From contig LGEZ01000001.1 of assembly GCA_001508005.1 (NCBI GenBank), positions 52,392 to 116,391 of the forward strand: a DNA stretch of 64,000 bases, written 5' to 3'. Shown here in pieces: positions 1-9,386 of the stretch (the first letter of the stretch is position 1; every line of letters starts with the position of its first letter). The notes under the pieces were generated by a model. That model made no database searches and was not told where the DNA came from. It worked only from the letters and a program-made list of their open reading frames with translations. The position numbers and the translations under genes are program-made. Source of the DNA: Clostridia bacterium 41_269 (GTDB lineage: Bacteria; Bacillota; DTU086).

Positions 1-300
1 GTAATGCCGAATAGGTTTAAATGCTCTTTTTCAACTACCATTTCCACTTCTGCCCTTCCATCCTCCAGCTTAAGAAGCTTTATTCCGAGAAACTGGGGAT
101 AACGGTCTTCTAAGAACTTTTCCTTCAGTTCAGCAATTATTTTATTTTCCATCCTACCATTCCTCCTATTAGCTTAAATCTTTCAAAATTATAGCAGATA
201 AATTGGAGATGTAGAAGGCTTTAGTTTTATCAAGAAGAATAAATTAAATTGAAAATCTTTAACAATGAACATTTATAATTAATTGTAAAATGCCGAAATA

Positions 301-1674
301 ATGTTAGAGAAAATTAAAGCGGGCGGCTTTAAAATGAAGAAATTCCTGTTTTTTTTAACTGCTTTTTTAATAACTTCTTTTATACTCCTGTGGATTTTAC
401 CTGTAATGGGCGATTTTGAAAGGGATCCAGGGATAGAAAGCCCTATGGCTTTTATGGCTTTGGAAAGCGAAAACTTTCCCCATTACAGTATTGAAGCTAT
501 CTATTCTCAAGGGAAAATTTACGGGGAAGAAGAAATTGTTTACACGAATATAACAGGGCAAACATTGAAGCATCTGTTTTTTATGCTTCCGGCATCCGCT
601 GCAGCTCCTGGGGGAGAGATAAAAGTTTACAGCGTTTTTGTTAATGATTATCCCGTAGAATGGGAAGCCAAGAATACATATTTGGTGGTTTATCTGCCCT
701 TAGAACTAAATCCCTATGAAAAGTGCAGGGTCAGCATTTCTTTTGACACCATGGTTCCCCAAGGCCCCTACAGATTGGGCAGGTGGAACGGTACTTCAAT
801 GCTTACCTGCTGGTATCCTGCCGTCCCCATTAATTGGGATGTGGTGGTTCCCAGCAGTTTTGGTGAGCCGTATTCTTTTTTATCAGCCACTTATGAGCTT
901 AAAATTTCCGTTGATCCTTCTTTAATGGTTTTAAGCGGTCTCAACAAATTGAACTGCTCCTTTGACGGCAGCAGGAAAGTGTACACCTTTTCATCTGATA
1001 AACCCATCCGTGATGCTTCCTTGGTGGTGGGAAACTTTAATATCAAAAACCACAAAGTGGGCAGTAAAAATATTATCTATGCATATAAAACCTATGATTA
1101 TAATATTATTAAGTATACCATAGATTCTTTTAAAACCTTTCAAAAATGGTTCGGGGAATACCCATACCAGAAACTGGTTCTCGTTGATGTCCCTTTGAAG
1201 GGTTTTAGGGGAATGGAGTATGGAGGCATTCTGTTTTTTAGTACCATAAAACGTCCCGATCCTTTTACGGTGGTTCATGAAGTGGCTCATCAGTGGTGGT
1301 ATGGGCTGGTGGGAAATGATCAGGACAAAGAGTCCTGGATAGACGAAGGGCTGGCTAACTACAGCGCTCTTCTCTATATAGAAGAAAGAATGGGGAAAAA
1401 GGAGTATTTATCCCGCATAAAATCCCTTGAGAGCAGAGCAATGGGGGTTAATGAACCCAAAGAACTTGATCTTTCCCATTATACCTCAAGCAGTCACTAT
1501 CATTTGAATGCTTATGTAAGGGGAGCGTTATTTTGGCATGATGTGCGGGTTAAACTGGGAGAAAGGAAAAAACTGATACATATACTTGGAGGGATACAGC
1601 ACAGCTTCATACACGGACACATCACATGGGGTGAGATAAAGAACATTTTGGAAAAAGAAAATATTTTCATTTGA
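301..1674 (+). CDS. Membrane-anchored M1-family (gluzincin) zinc metallopeptidase. At 457 aa it is short for this family. The true start may be ATG 334 (MKKFLFF...).
   Basis: The exact HEXXH-X18-E motif is present (HEVAHQWWYGLVGNDQDKESWIDEG). An N-terminal hydrophobic segment follows Met334. Confidence 0.6.
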   Translation: MLEKIKAGGFKMKKFLFFLTAFLITSFILLWILPVMGDFERDPGIESPMAFMALESENFPHYSIEAIYSQGKIYGEEEIVYTNITGQTLKHLFFMLPASAAAPGGEIKVYSVFVNDYPVEWEAKNTYLVVYLPLELNPYEKCRVSISFDTMVPQGPYRLGRWNGTSMLTCWYPAVPINWDVVVPSSFGEPYSFLSATYELKISVDPSLMVLSGLNKLNCSFDGSRKVYTFSSDKPIRDASLVVGNFNIKNHKVGSKNIIYAYKTYDYNIIKYTIDSFKTFQKWFGEYPYQKLVLVDVPLKGFRGMEYGGILFFSTIKRPDPFTVVHEVAHQWWYGLVGNDQDKESWIDEGLANYSALLYIEERMGKKEYLSRIKSLESRAMGVNEPKELDLSHYTSSSHYHLNAYVRGALFWHDVRVKLGERKKLIHILGGIQHSFIHGHITWGEIKNILEKENIFI

Positions 1675-1754
1675 GTCCTTTGAAGTTATGGAGGATTTAC
1701 TATTTCTTTTATGGAATTAAAAAACATAGACAACAGTAAGAAGGGGGTATTATA

Positions 1755-1880
1755 GTGTCCCAATACGTATGTATGGTTTGTAATTATATATATTATGAAA
1801 GAGAGGGAAAAGCTTTCGAAGATCTGCCTGAGGATTGGGTTTGTCCCCAGTGCGGTGCTCCAAAAACTCATTTTCAGTAA
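1755..1880 (+). CDS. Rubredoxin-like protein, compact 41-aa form
   Basis: The manual translation is [41 protein letters not shown], with two CxxC knuckles (CMVC and CPQCG). An AAGGGGG Shine-Dalgarno lies 5 nt upstream of GTG. The gene is absent from the ORF track because it is under 60 aa. Confidence 0.65.
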   Translation: MSQYVCMVCNYIYYEREGKAFEDLPEDWVCPQCGAPKTHFQ

Positions 1881-2002
1881 AGTTTTAGGGAGACCCGGCT
1901 TTTGGTCGGGTCTTTTTGTTCAGCAGGTTTATAATCAGTTAGTTATATTTGATATAATACTTGACAAAGGAAATAATATTAAAATTTTGGAAAGGGGAAA
2001 AT

Positions 2003-3298
2003 ATGTCGGGTTTTTTGGATGCTGTTGGAAAGGAAGAGGGAAAGCGAGCTCTACTTGTAACCCTTCAGCTTCCTGGGGATTCTAAGGAGAAAATAGAAAT
2101 TTCTTTGGAAGAACTTAAAGGTCTTGTGGAAACTGCAGGGTGCACCGCTGTTGGATATGAAGTTCAGAAAAGAGATTCACCCTGTGCTTCACTTTTTTTG
2201 GGAAAGGGAAAGGCATTAGAGCTGGAAGAACGGAGAAAAGCTGGGGAATTTGATATGCTGGTTTTTAACCATGATCTTTCTCCTACACAGCAGAGAAATC
2301 TTGAGGATATAATTCAGTGCCCCATAATTGACAGGACGACTCTTATTTTGGATATATTTGCTCAGCGGGCTAAAACTAAAGAGGCAAAACTTCAAGTTGA
2401 GCTGGCTCAGCTGCAGTACAGGCTTCCCCGTCTTACAGGTAGGGGAACTGCTTTAAACAGACTTGGAGGTGGAATTGGTACCAGAGGGCCAGGTTTGACT
2501 AAACTGGAAGTTGATAGGAGAAAAATTAGAGACAGAATAGCCTATATAACAAGGGAACTTAAAAAAATAGAAAAACATAGACGCCTAATAAGAAAGCGCA
2601 GATTGTCCCGGGATGTCCCTGTGGTTGCGCTGACTGGATATACCAATGTGGGTAAAAGTACCCTACATGATGTGCTTTCGGGTTCAGGAACCTATGCCGA
2701 TGACCGTTTATTTGCAACCCTTGATTCTACTGCCAGAAAAGTTGTTCCAAAATGCGGAGAGCCTTATGTTTTAATTGATACCGTTGGGTTTATTCGTGAT
2801 CTTCCTCCAAAATTGGTAGCTGCTTTCAGATCTACCCTGGAAGAGCTCCAGTATAGCGACCTTCTGCTGCATGTGGTGGACAGCACCAGTAAAGATATTG
2901 ATCAGGAAATTGAGCTGGTAGAAAAGGTACTGGGCGAACTGGAAGTTTTAGAAAAGCCCAGGATACTTGTATTTAATAAAATTGATAAGATAAAGGGAAC
3001 ATTACCAAAGGTTTCCCATGGAGCGCAAAAAGAAGTTTACATTTCAGCCCTAAAGGGAATTGGTATTGAGGAATTAAACAAGGTCATTCAGGAAGAAATA
3101 AGCAGGGATAGGGAAGAAATGGAAGTATTTATTTCCTATGAGAAGTTTGAGATCCTTGATTTAGTCTATAAAGAAGGAGTTGTGCTGGAACAGAAACCAC
3201 AGGAGAATGGTATCTTTTTAAAAGTTGTTTTGAAAAAAGCAGCTGCCGGCAAAATAAAAAAAGAATTGGGTGAAAAAACTTCAACTTCTTCTGTATAG
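2003..3298 (+). CDS. hflX: GTPase HflX
   Basis: The HflX N-domain signature (DRTTLILDIFAQRAKTKEAKLQVELAQLQY) and G-domain motifs (GYTNVGKST, DTVGF, NKID) are present. A GGAAAGGGG RBS precedes ATG 2003, although the ORF opens at 1961. Confidence 0.85.
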   Translation: MSGFLDAVGKEEGKRALLVTLQLPGDSKEKIEISLEELKGLVETAGCTAVGYEVQKRDSPCASLFLGKGKALELEERRKAGEFDMLVFNHDLSPTQQRNLEDIIQCPIIDRTTLILDIFAQRAKTKEAKLQVELAQLQYRLPRLTGRGTALNRLGGGIGTRGPGLTKLEVDRRKIRDRIAYITRELKKIEKHRRLIRKRRLSRDVPVVALTGYTNVGKSTLHDVLSGSGTYADDRLFATLDSTARKVVPKCGEPYVLIDTVGFIRDLPPKLVAAFRSTLEELQYSDLLLHVVDSTSKDIDQEIELVEKVLGELEVLEKPRILVFNKIDKIKGTLPKVSHGAQKEVYISALKGIGIEELNKVIQEEISRDREEMEVFISYEKFEILDLVYKEGVVLEQKPQENGIFLKVVLKKAAAGKIKKELGEKTSTSSV

Positions 3299-3345
3299 GA
3301 GTGGGATCATATTGGAAATAAAGGAAACTGGGCTTATAAGGCTGT

Positions 3346-4148
3346 ACATGGCAAATCTTGAACAGCATTTTGTTCTAAAAAGAGCTTTTGCTCTTGCTCT
3401 TATTCTCATTTTAACTTTAAATTTTCTTTTAATTTTTTTATCAGGAAATGTAAAATTAAACCTTCTGCTTTTTACGGTACTTATATATGCAGGCATATAT
3501 TTTGTCCTTGGGGAGTTTATTACAGGTTTTATTGCTTTTAGGTCTCCAGAGGTAATTGCCGGAAGAGTTTCCAGGCAGAGGCTTAATTTAAAGGATGATA
3601 CTGATGCGGGAGAGTTAATATATTACGCTTTTAAAAAATTTCGAAATGGAAACATTGAAGAGTGCCGTGAGGCTCTCAGCAAATTTTTTGCGCTGAAATA
3701 TCTACCCATGGAAATGATAAGGTTTGCCTATCTTATACTGGCAGATTCTTATCTAGAAGAAGACAAATCAGGAAGAGCTCTGAAAATTTTAAAGGATCAC
3801 ATAGTAAAAAAGGATTCTTCAGATAGTATAAGTCAGTTTATTTACGGCAGGGCTTTTTTTGAACAGGGAATATATGACAAAGCTTTACAGGCTCTTGAAC
3901 AGTCATGGGAACACTTTTTATCAAGGAATTTTGGGGTTCCTAATATTTTTCCTTCCAGATTAAAAAACAGCGAACTTAAAACTGTTTACCGCGGCACATT
4001 GGAAGTTTTTATTCCTTATTACCTGGCAAAAGCTTATTTAATGCTGGGGAATAGAAAAAAGGCTGCAGACTTTTTTAGAACTGCTGTTGTTTTATGCAGA
4101 AATAAACACCTAAGACCCCTGCTGAAAAAAAGTTTTAACTCTATGTAG
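3346..4148 (+). CDS. Hypothetical membrane-anchored protein with TPR-like helical repeats. The start is uncertain because the ORF opens at 3270, overlapping the hflX 3' end.
   Basis: Long ORF. Two N-terminal hydrophobic helices are followed by an alpha-helical repeat region. No recognisable catalytic motif. Confidence 0.4.
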
Positions 4149-4223
4149 TTTTAAAAAAGGATATTTTATATCCTTGTAGAACAAAAGTAGGTATCCACAG
4201 ATTATTTTGGGGAGGTGTAGAGA

Positions 4224-4343
4224 ATGAAAATGAAAAAGGGCGACAGGCTGGTATGCACCATCTGCGGCAATAAAATTGAGTTTCTTGAGGACGGCGAAGG
4301 ACCCATTGTATGCTGCGGCCAGGATATGGAACCAGCATCCTAA
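4224..4343 (+). CDS. Desulforedoxin (Dx) mini-protein, 39 aa
   Basis: The translation is MKMKKGDRLVCTICGNKIEFLEDGEGPIVCCGQDMEPAS, with the diagnostic CxxCG...CCG desulforedoxin ligand pattern. A GGGGAGGTG RBS is present. Not in the ORF track because it is under 60 aa. Confidence 0.7.
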   Translation: MKMKKGDRLVCTICGNKIEFLEDGEGPIVCCGQDMEPAS

Positions 4344-4376
4344 GGTTTCACAGCAGTGATAATAATTGACTTCTTT

Positions 4377-4405
4377 AAAAAGCCCACAGCAAGTGGGCTT
4401 TTTAT
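4377..4405. terminator. Bidirectional rho-independent terminator between convergent genes
   Basis: The hairpin AAAAGCCCAC-agcaa-GTGGGCTTTT is flanked by T/A runs on both strands. Confidence 0.7.
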
Positions 4406-4413
4406 GAATAGAG

Positions 4414-4734
4414 TTATTTCTCTTTTTGTTTTTTTGGGCTGAAATAATCTTTTAATTTCCTGAACATAACTGAATTGGCAGCGTAGTATACTTTTCCATC
4501 AATGTACACTTTTTCGTGCCAATCGCTGTACATAACGGGAACCTCACCGTCTCCCACGGGCTCGTTCCCTTCAAGAAGTTCTGACTCAAAAAGAAAATAA
4601 TTTTCAGGATCAGCATCAAAAATATTTTCCCTTTGAGGGAGAAGAGCGATGCTGTTTTTGTGGGAAAAGTTTATTCCATCTTTGGAGAGATAAAGCCTTT
4701 CGTGCTGTTCTAAATTTGAAATGGAATACCTCAT
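4414..4734 (-). CDS. Hypothetical protein, 106 aa
   Basis: A clean ORF convergent with the desulforedoxin gene and sharing its terminator. No motif recognised. Confidence 0.4.
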   Translation of the reverse strand: MRYSISNLEQHERLYLSKDGINFSHKNSIALLPQRENIFDADPENYFLFESELLEGNEPVGDGEVPVMYSDWHEKVYIDGKVYYAANSVMFRKLKDYFSPKKQKEK

Positions 4735-4904
4735 ATTGTGTTTTCCTCCAGAAGTTCTGCAGCTGAAAATCTTCTTGTATTTTTTCTTGGTATGAATGTA
4801 TTTTTTCTAATATAAAATATGCAATATACCCTTTATTTTTGAAAGAATATTTAAATTTTTTGGCGGGTTTTCAAGGGTTTTTGCCGACCGCAGGAGGTAA
4901 TAAA

Positions 4905-5348
4905 ATGTTCCGCATTTCCACAAAGGGATCCTACGGCCTCCGTGCTGTTCTTGACATTGCTAAAAACAGCAGGGGAAAGCCTGTTCCTCTAAAGGATATA
5001 GCTGAACGCCAGGAAATTTCGGAGGGGTATCTTGAACAGCTTTTGACTGTTCTTCGCAGAGCAGGAATTGTGAAAAGCATAAGGGGACAGAGCGGAGGTT
5101 TTATATTGGCAAAAAAACCTCAAGACATTTCCGTGGGAGAAATTATCCGTGTTTTGGAGGGTCCCATTGCACCTATGGACTGCGTTGAGGATGGCACTTA
5201 TCCTTCCTGTGATAACATAAACCAATGTGTTTTAAGGCTGGTCTGGTTGAGATTAAAGGAAAGGATAGAAGAAGCAGTGGATACTATTACCATTGAAGAT
5301 CTTTGTTCGGAGGCTGGGCAGAAACAGCAGGGTAAAAAGGATCAGTGA
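4905..5348 (+). CDS. Rrf2-family transcriptional regulator (IscR/RsrR-like) carrying a C-terminal Cys cluster
   Basis: The N-terminal wHTH matches Rrf2 (MFRISTKGSYGLRAVLDIAKNS...LKDIAERQEISEGYLEQLL). The protein also has CVEDGTYPSCDNINQC cysteines. An AGGAGG RBS sits 7 nt before ATG 4905. Confidence 0.8.
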   Translation: MFRISTKGSYGLRAVLDIAKNSRGKPVPLKDIAERQEISEGYLEQLLTVLRRAGIVKSIRGQSGGFILAKKPQDISVGEIIRVLEGPIAPMDCVEDGTYPSCDNINQCVLRLVWLRLKERIEEAVDTITIEDLCSEAGQKQQGKKDQ

Positions 5349-5505
5349 AAATCTTAGTATAAATCTTAACATAATCGGCTTTTTATTTGGTTTTTTTTAA
5401 AACTACTATAAAGGTTGACTATGTATAATTTATTGGATTATAATTAGTACGGGTATTTAAAAGACATGAAAGGCGCTGCTGGCTTAAAAAGGGGGGGGTG
5501 AAACC

Positions 5506-5694
5506 GTGGCAACTGAAAAGGATCAAAAATATGAATGCCAAGAATGCGGCAATGTAGTTAAAGTGGTTGAAGCTGGAGATGGTATGCTGTACTGCTGTGA
5601 CGTTCCAATGAAGCTCATCCGTGAAAAGCAGGCAACTTCTGCAGATTTCATGAATGCATTTGGTCCTGATTTCAAAAAGAGAACTCTGCAGTAA
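5506..5694 (+). CDS. Dx-domain (desulforedoxin-like) protein with a 27-aa C-terminal tail. It has no SOR centre II.
   Basis: YECQECGNVVKVVEAGDGMLYCCDVPM carries the CxxCG...CC Dx motif. The tail KLIREKQATSADFMNAFGPDFKKRTLQ has no His ligands. A G-rich RBS precedes the GTG start. Confidence 0.6.
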   Translation: MATEKDQKYECQECGNVVKVVEAGDGMLYCCDVPMKLIREKQATSADFMNAFGPDFKKRTLQ

Positions 5695-5786
5695 TTGTGT
5701 TCTTTGATGAAGCATAAGATAAGAGATGTAATTATCTGTGCGGCATTTAATTGATTTTTGTTTTTTGTTTAATTTTTGTGCTGATA

Positions 5787-5820
5787 GGTGCTGGTGATTT
5801 CACCAGCACTTTTATTTTTT
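5787..5820 (+). terminator. Rho-independent terminator
   Basis: GGTGCTGGTGA-ttt-CACCAGCAC is followed by TTTTATTTTTT. Confidence 0.75.
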
Positions 5821-5927
5821 GATAATTTTTTAATTTTATGTAAAGTATTGTGTTTTTTCTTTTTGGAGGAAAAAAGCACCAGGTAACAAAAGAATATAAG
5901 TAATCAAGGTTTAGGTGGGATGCTGCT

Positions 5928-8900
5928 GTGAGCCTGCGCTTAATTGTTGGGAGAGCGGGAACGGGAAAGACAAGGTACTGTGTAGAAAGCTTTGTTAAAG
6001 AGCTTATTGAAAGGCCTATGGGACCATCTCTGATACTGTTGGTTCCAGAACAGGCTACATTTCAGATGGAGCACCAGCTTATAAAAAGGGGGATCAAAGG
6101 ATTTATTCGGGGTCAGGTTCTCAGTTTCCGAAGACTGGCATATCGGGTGTTTCAGGAGGTTGGAGGCGCAAACAAAAAGCCCATTGATGAGGTTGGCAAA
6201 AGCATGCTGCTTCGCCGTATAATTCAGCAGAAAAAAAATGCTTTAGAACTTTTTCAGAATTCCAGCTTTGAACCCGGTTTTATTGATTCCCTATTGGCTT
6301 TATTTTCCGAACTTCATTCTTATAACCTCAGTCCTAAAATGCTTGATCTATGCCAGAAGATGCTGGAGGAGAAAAAGGGACAGAAAATACTCAGGAGCAA
6401 AATTCATGATTTGTGCCTGATATACCAGGAATTAATTAAAGAATTAGAAGGGCTGTATACTGATCCCGATGATTATCTCACTCAGCTGAGCAGTAAGTTG
6501 GATAAATCAGCATTTATCAGAGATGCACGAATTTGGGTAGATGGTTTTGCGGGCTTTACTCCTCAGGAATACGATGTTTTGAAAAAACTGATGATTTATG
6601 GGGATAAGGTAGAGATAACTTTATGCTTGGACGGCAGAGAACTGGACAGAGAATATACGGAAGAATATCTTTTTCACCGTACAAGGGAAACTTATGACAG
6701 GCTGATGGAGCTGGCACAGCGGGAAGGAATTGAAGTAGAGGATCCCTTGATTCTAGATTCATCCCAAACACCTGAAAGGTTTAAAAATGCCCCATCGTTG
6801 GCCCACTTAGAACGGGAATTTTCCCGCAGTATTCCGCAAAAATACAGCGGCGTTCCCGAAAACATAAAGCTGGTATCTGCCGTTAATCTGCGGGCAGAGG
6901 TGGAAGCCTGTGCTGGAGAAATTATAAGCCTCTGCAGGGATAAGGGGTATAGGTGGAGGGATATAAGTATAATTTTAAGGAATGTGGAGCCTTACGAAGA
7001 CCTAATTAAGGAAATTTTTGAGCAGTACGGTATTCCCTTTTTTATAGACAGGAAAAAGAAGCTGGGTTACCACCCTGCTGCGGAACTTATAAGATCAGCT
7101 TTGGATATAGTAATAAATGACTGGCCTTATGAAGCTGTCTTCAGATTTTTGAAGACGGATTTGGCCCGAGTTGAAAGGGATGCCGTTGATATTCTTGAAA
7201 ATTATGTCTTATCCAAGGGTATTAGGGGCAGGGAAAATTGGCTTAAAAAAGGGTGGCTTCATGATATTTTAAACAGATCTTCTACGGATGTGGAAAATAA
7301 AGCTCTTTATGAACTTGATGGAGTTATAGATATTTTGGCTGATTTTGACCACAGCTTTAAGGAAGCCTCAAATGCCGTAGATATGACGATATCGATTTTT
7401 AACCTTCTTATAAATCTTAATGTTTCAGAAACTCTTGAAAAATGGAGACAGGAAGCTGTAGATAGAGGAGATCTTCTTACAGCACAAGAGCATTCCCAGG
7501 TCTGGAACAGAATAATAAGCCTTCTGGACCAAATTGTGGAGATAGTGGGTTCACGAAAATTGAAAGCTGTGGAATATTATGAAATTATAAATTCCGGGCT
7601 GGAAGCATTGAGGTTTAAACTGATACCCCCAAGCCTTGATCAGGTTTTTGTGGCTTCTATTGAGCGTTCCCGCCATCCCGAAGTAAAAGCTTCCTTTGTT
7701 TTGGGGGCTAATGAGGGAGTTTTTCCGGCAAAAATTGATGAGGATGTGCTGCTCACCGATGCTGAGAGGAAATATTTAAAAAATGCTGTAGAAATTGAAC
7801 TTGCTCCTCCCAGTTCCCTAAGAATTGTTCAAGAGCAGTATTTAGCATATATAGCCCTGACTAGGCCCAGTGAGTTCTTATGGGTCAGCTATTCTTTGTC
7901 AGGAAAAGACGGAAGGACTGGGCTGCCTTCAGTGATAGTATCAACCTTAAAGGATATCTTTCCTGCTTTGGAAGAAGAGACTGCAGCGGGGGAACCTTTT
8001 GAATGGGAGCAGCTGAAGAAGAGCCTAAGTTCCAAGAATGCTGTTTTAAGGGTTCTGCTTAAAAAATTAAGGAACCGCTGCCGGATCAGTGAATGGGAAA
8101 GTTATTGGATTGAAGCTTTAAGGTGGTTTTTAGAGGACTCTGAAAGACGCAGCAGGTATCGTAAGCTTTTTGAAAGCCTGTTTTTTGTTAACAATGAGGC
8201 AGATCTTTCCCCTTCCTTGATACATCGACTTTACGGTTCTGAACTTCATGGGGGCATATCCAGTATGGAAGATTTTGCAGCCTGCCCCTTTGCCTATTTT
8301 TTAAAGAGAACCCTGAATCTTAAACCAAGGGAGGAATACATGTTTTCACCTGCTCACAGGGGTACCCTTTTCCATGAAGCCTTAAGGTTATTTGTGGAGC
8401 ATCTGCTGGAAAAGGAAATTGATTGGGAAACTTTGGATGAAAGAGAGGCTGAAGAAATCATAGATAACATCTGCGACGGTTTGATACCCAGTGTCAACAG
8501 CCGGATACTGCTGAGTTCACACAGCATGTCTCAGGCGGCAGAGGATATGCGCAAGACTTTAAAGAAGGCTGCCTGCATATTATGCCATCAGTTGAAGATG
8601 GGATCTTTTAAACCTGTGGGAGTAGAAATTTCCTTTGGAGAGGGAGAAAAGCTTGAGCCTTTGGTGATTGAGCTTAATAACGGGCGCAGGTTTTTCCTAA
8701 GGGGAAGAATAGATAGAATTGATCTAGCGGAACACAATGGAAAATTGTTTGTAAGAGTTTTGGACTATAAAAGCAGTTCCAGAAACTTTAAGCTTTACAA
8801 TTTGTATCATGGGCTGGAGCTCCAGCTGATGGCCTATCTGTCTTTAGTTGTTGAAAAGGGAGAAGAGTTATTTGGGCGAACTGTTTTTCCTGCAGGCATT

Positions 8901-9386
8901 CTTTACTTTACCGTAGAAAGTTCCATGAGGCGGGGAATAAAACCCCTGGATGAAGGGGAGCTTGAGAGAAACTTTAGAAAAGAGTTTAGAATGACAGGCC
9001 TTTTGCTAGAAGATAGGGAAGTTTTACGGCTTATGGATAGGGACTCCCAGGGGAACTCTGATATTATTCCCGTAGTTTTTACCAAAGAAGGAATCGGCAA
9101 AAATTCAAGTGTTGCTTCATATGAGCAGTTTAGCACTTTAATGTCCTTTACTAAAAGAAAACTGGCTCAGCTAGCTCAAAGAATTTTAGATGGAGAGGTG
9201 TCCATTTATCCCTACCGCTGTCGTGAAGAAACTGCATGCAATAGCATGAACTGCGAATACAGTTCCGTCTGTTTGTTTGATCCCCTTTTGGGCAATTTTT
9301 ACCGGAATATTTTACCCGAAAAAAATGAGAGAATTTTAAGGCGAATTTATGAAGAAATGGGTGAGGGAAATGGGAGAAGTGGGTAA
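5928..9386 (+). CDS. addB: ATP-dependent helicase/nuclease subunit B (AddB/RexB) with a C-terminal Fe-S nuclease domain
   Basis: N-terminal Walker A (GRAGTGKT). Length 1152 aa. C-terminal Cys cluster CREETACNSMNCEYSSVC. The gene is followed immediately by addA. Confidence 0.85.
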   Translation: MSLRLIVGRAGTGKTRYCVESFVKELIERPMGPSLILLVPEQATFQMEHQLIKRGIKGFIRGQVLSFRRLAYRVFQEVGGANKKPIDEVGKSMLLRRIIQQKKNALELFQNSSFEPGFIDSLLALFSELHSYNLSPKMLDLCQKMLEEKKGQKILRSKIHDLCLIYQELIKELEGLYTDPDDYLTQLSSKLDKSAFIRDARIWVDGFAGFTPQEYDVLKKLMIYGDKVEITLCLDGRELDREYTEEYLFHRTRETYDRLMELAQREGIEVEDPLILDSSQTPERFKNAPSLAHLEREFSRSIPQKYSGVPENIKLVSAVNLRAEVEACAGEIISLCRDKGYRWRDISIILRNVEPYEDLIKEIFEQYGIPFFIDRKKKLGYHPAAELIRSALDIVINDWPYEAVFRFLKTDLARVERDAVDILENYVLSKGIRGRENWLKKGWLHDILNRSSTDVENKALYELDGVIDILADFDHSFKEASNAVDMTISIFNLLINLNVSETLEKWRQEAVDRGDLLTAQEHSQVWNRIISLLDQIVEIVGSRKLKAVEYYEIINSGLEALRFKLIPPSLDQVFVASIERSRHPEVKASFVLGANEGVFPAKIDEDVLLTDAERKYLKNAVEIELAPPSSLRIVQEQYLAYIALTRPSEFLWVSYSLSGKDGRTGLPSVIVSTLKDIFPALEEETAAGEPFEWEQLKKSLSSKNAVLRVLLKKLRNRCRISEWESYWIEALRWFLEDSERRSRYRKLFESLFFVNNEADLSPSLIHRLYGSELHGGISSMEDFAACPFAYFLKRTLNLKPREEYMFSPAHRGTLFHEALRLFVEHLLEKEIDWETLDEREAEEIIDNICDGLIPSVNSRILLSSHSMSQAAEDMRKTLKKAACILCHQLKMGSFKPVGVEISFGEGEKLEPLVIELNNGRRFFLRGRIDRIDLAEHNGKLFVRVLDYKSSSRNFKLYNLYHGLELQLMAYLSLVVEKGEELFGRTVFPAGILYFTVESSMRRGIKPLDEGELERNFRKEFRMTGLLLEDREVLRLMDRDSQGNSDIIPVVFTKEGIGKNSSVASYEQFSTLMSFTKRKLAQLAQRILDGEVSIYPYRCREETACNSMNCEYSSVCLFDPLLGNFYRNILPEKNERILRRIYEEMGEGNGRSG

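Noticed and set aside
1-300. Possible minus-strand gene end at the window start
   Set aside because: Only about 160 nt of open frame is visible. This is too little sequence to assign a product.
1795-2085. 96-aa ORF overlapping the rubredoxin gene and hflX start
   Set aside because: It lies out of frame over a convincing rubredoxin and the hflX RBS/start. No motif.
5506-5694. Truncated desulfoferrodoxin (superoxide reductase)
   Set aside because: Only the N-terminal Dx centre is present. The C-terminal tail has no His and no second Cys ligand for centre II, and no downstream continuation exists in any frame.
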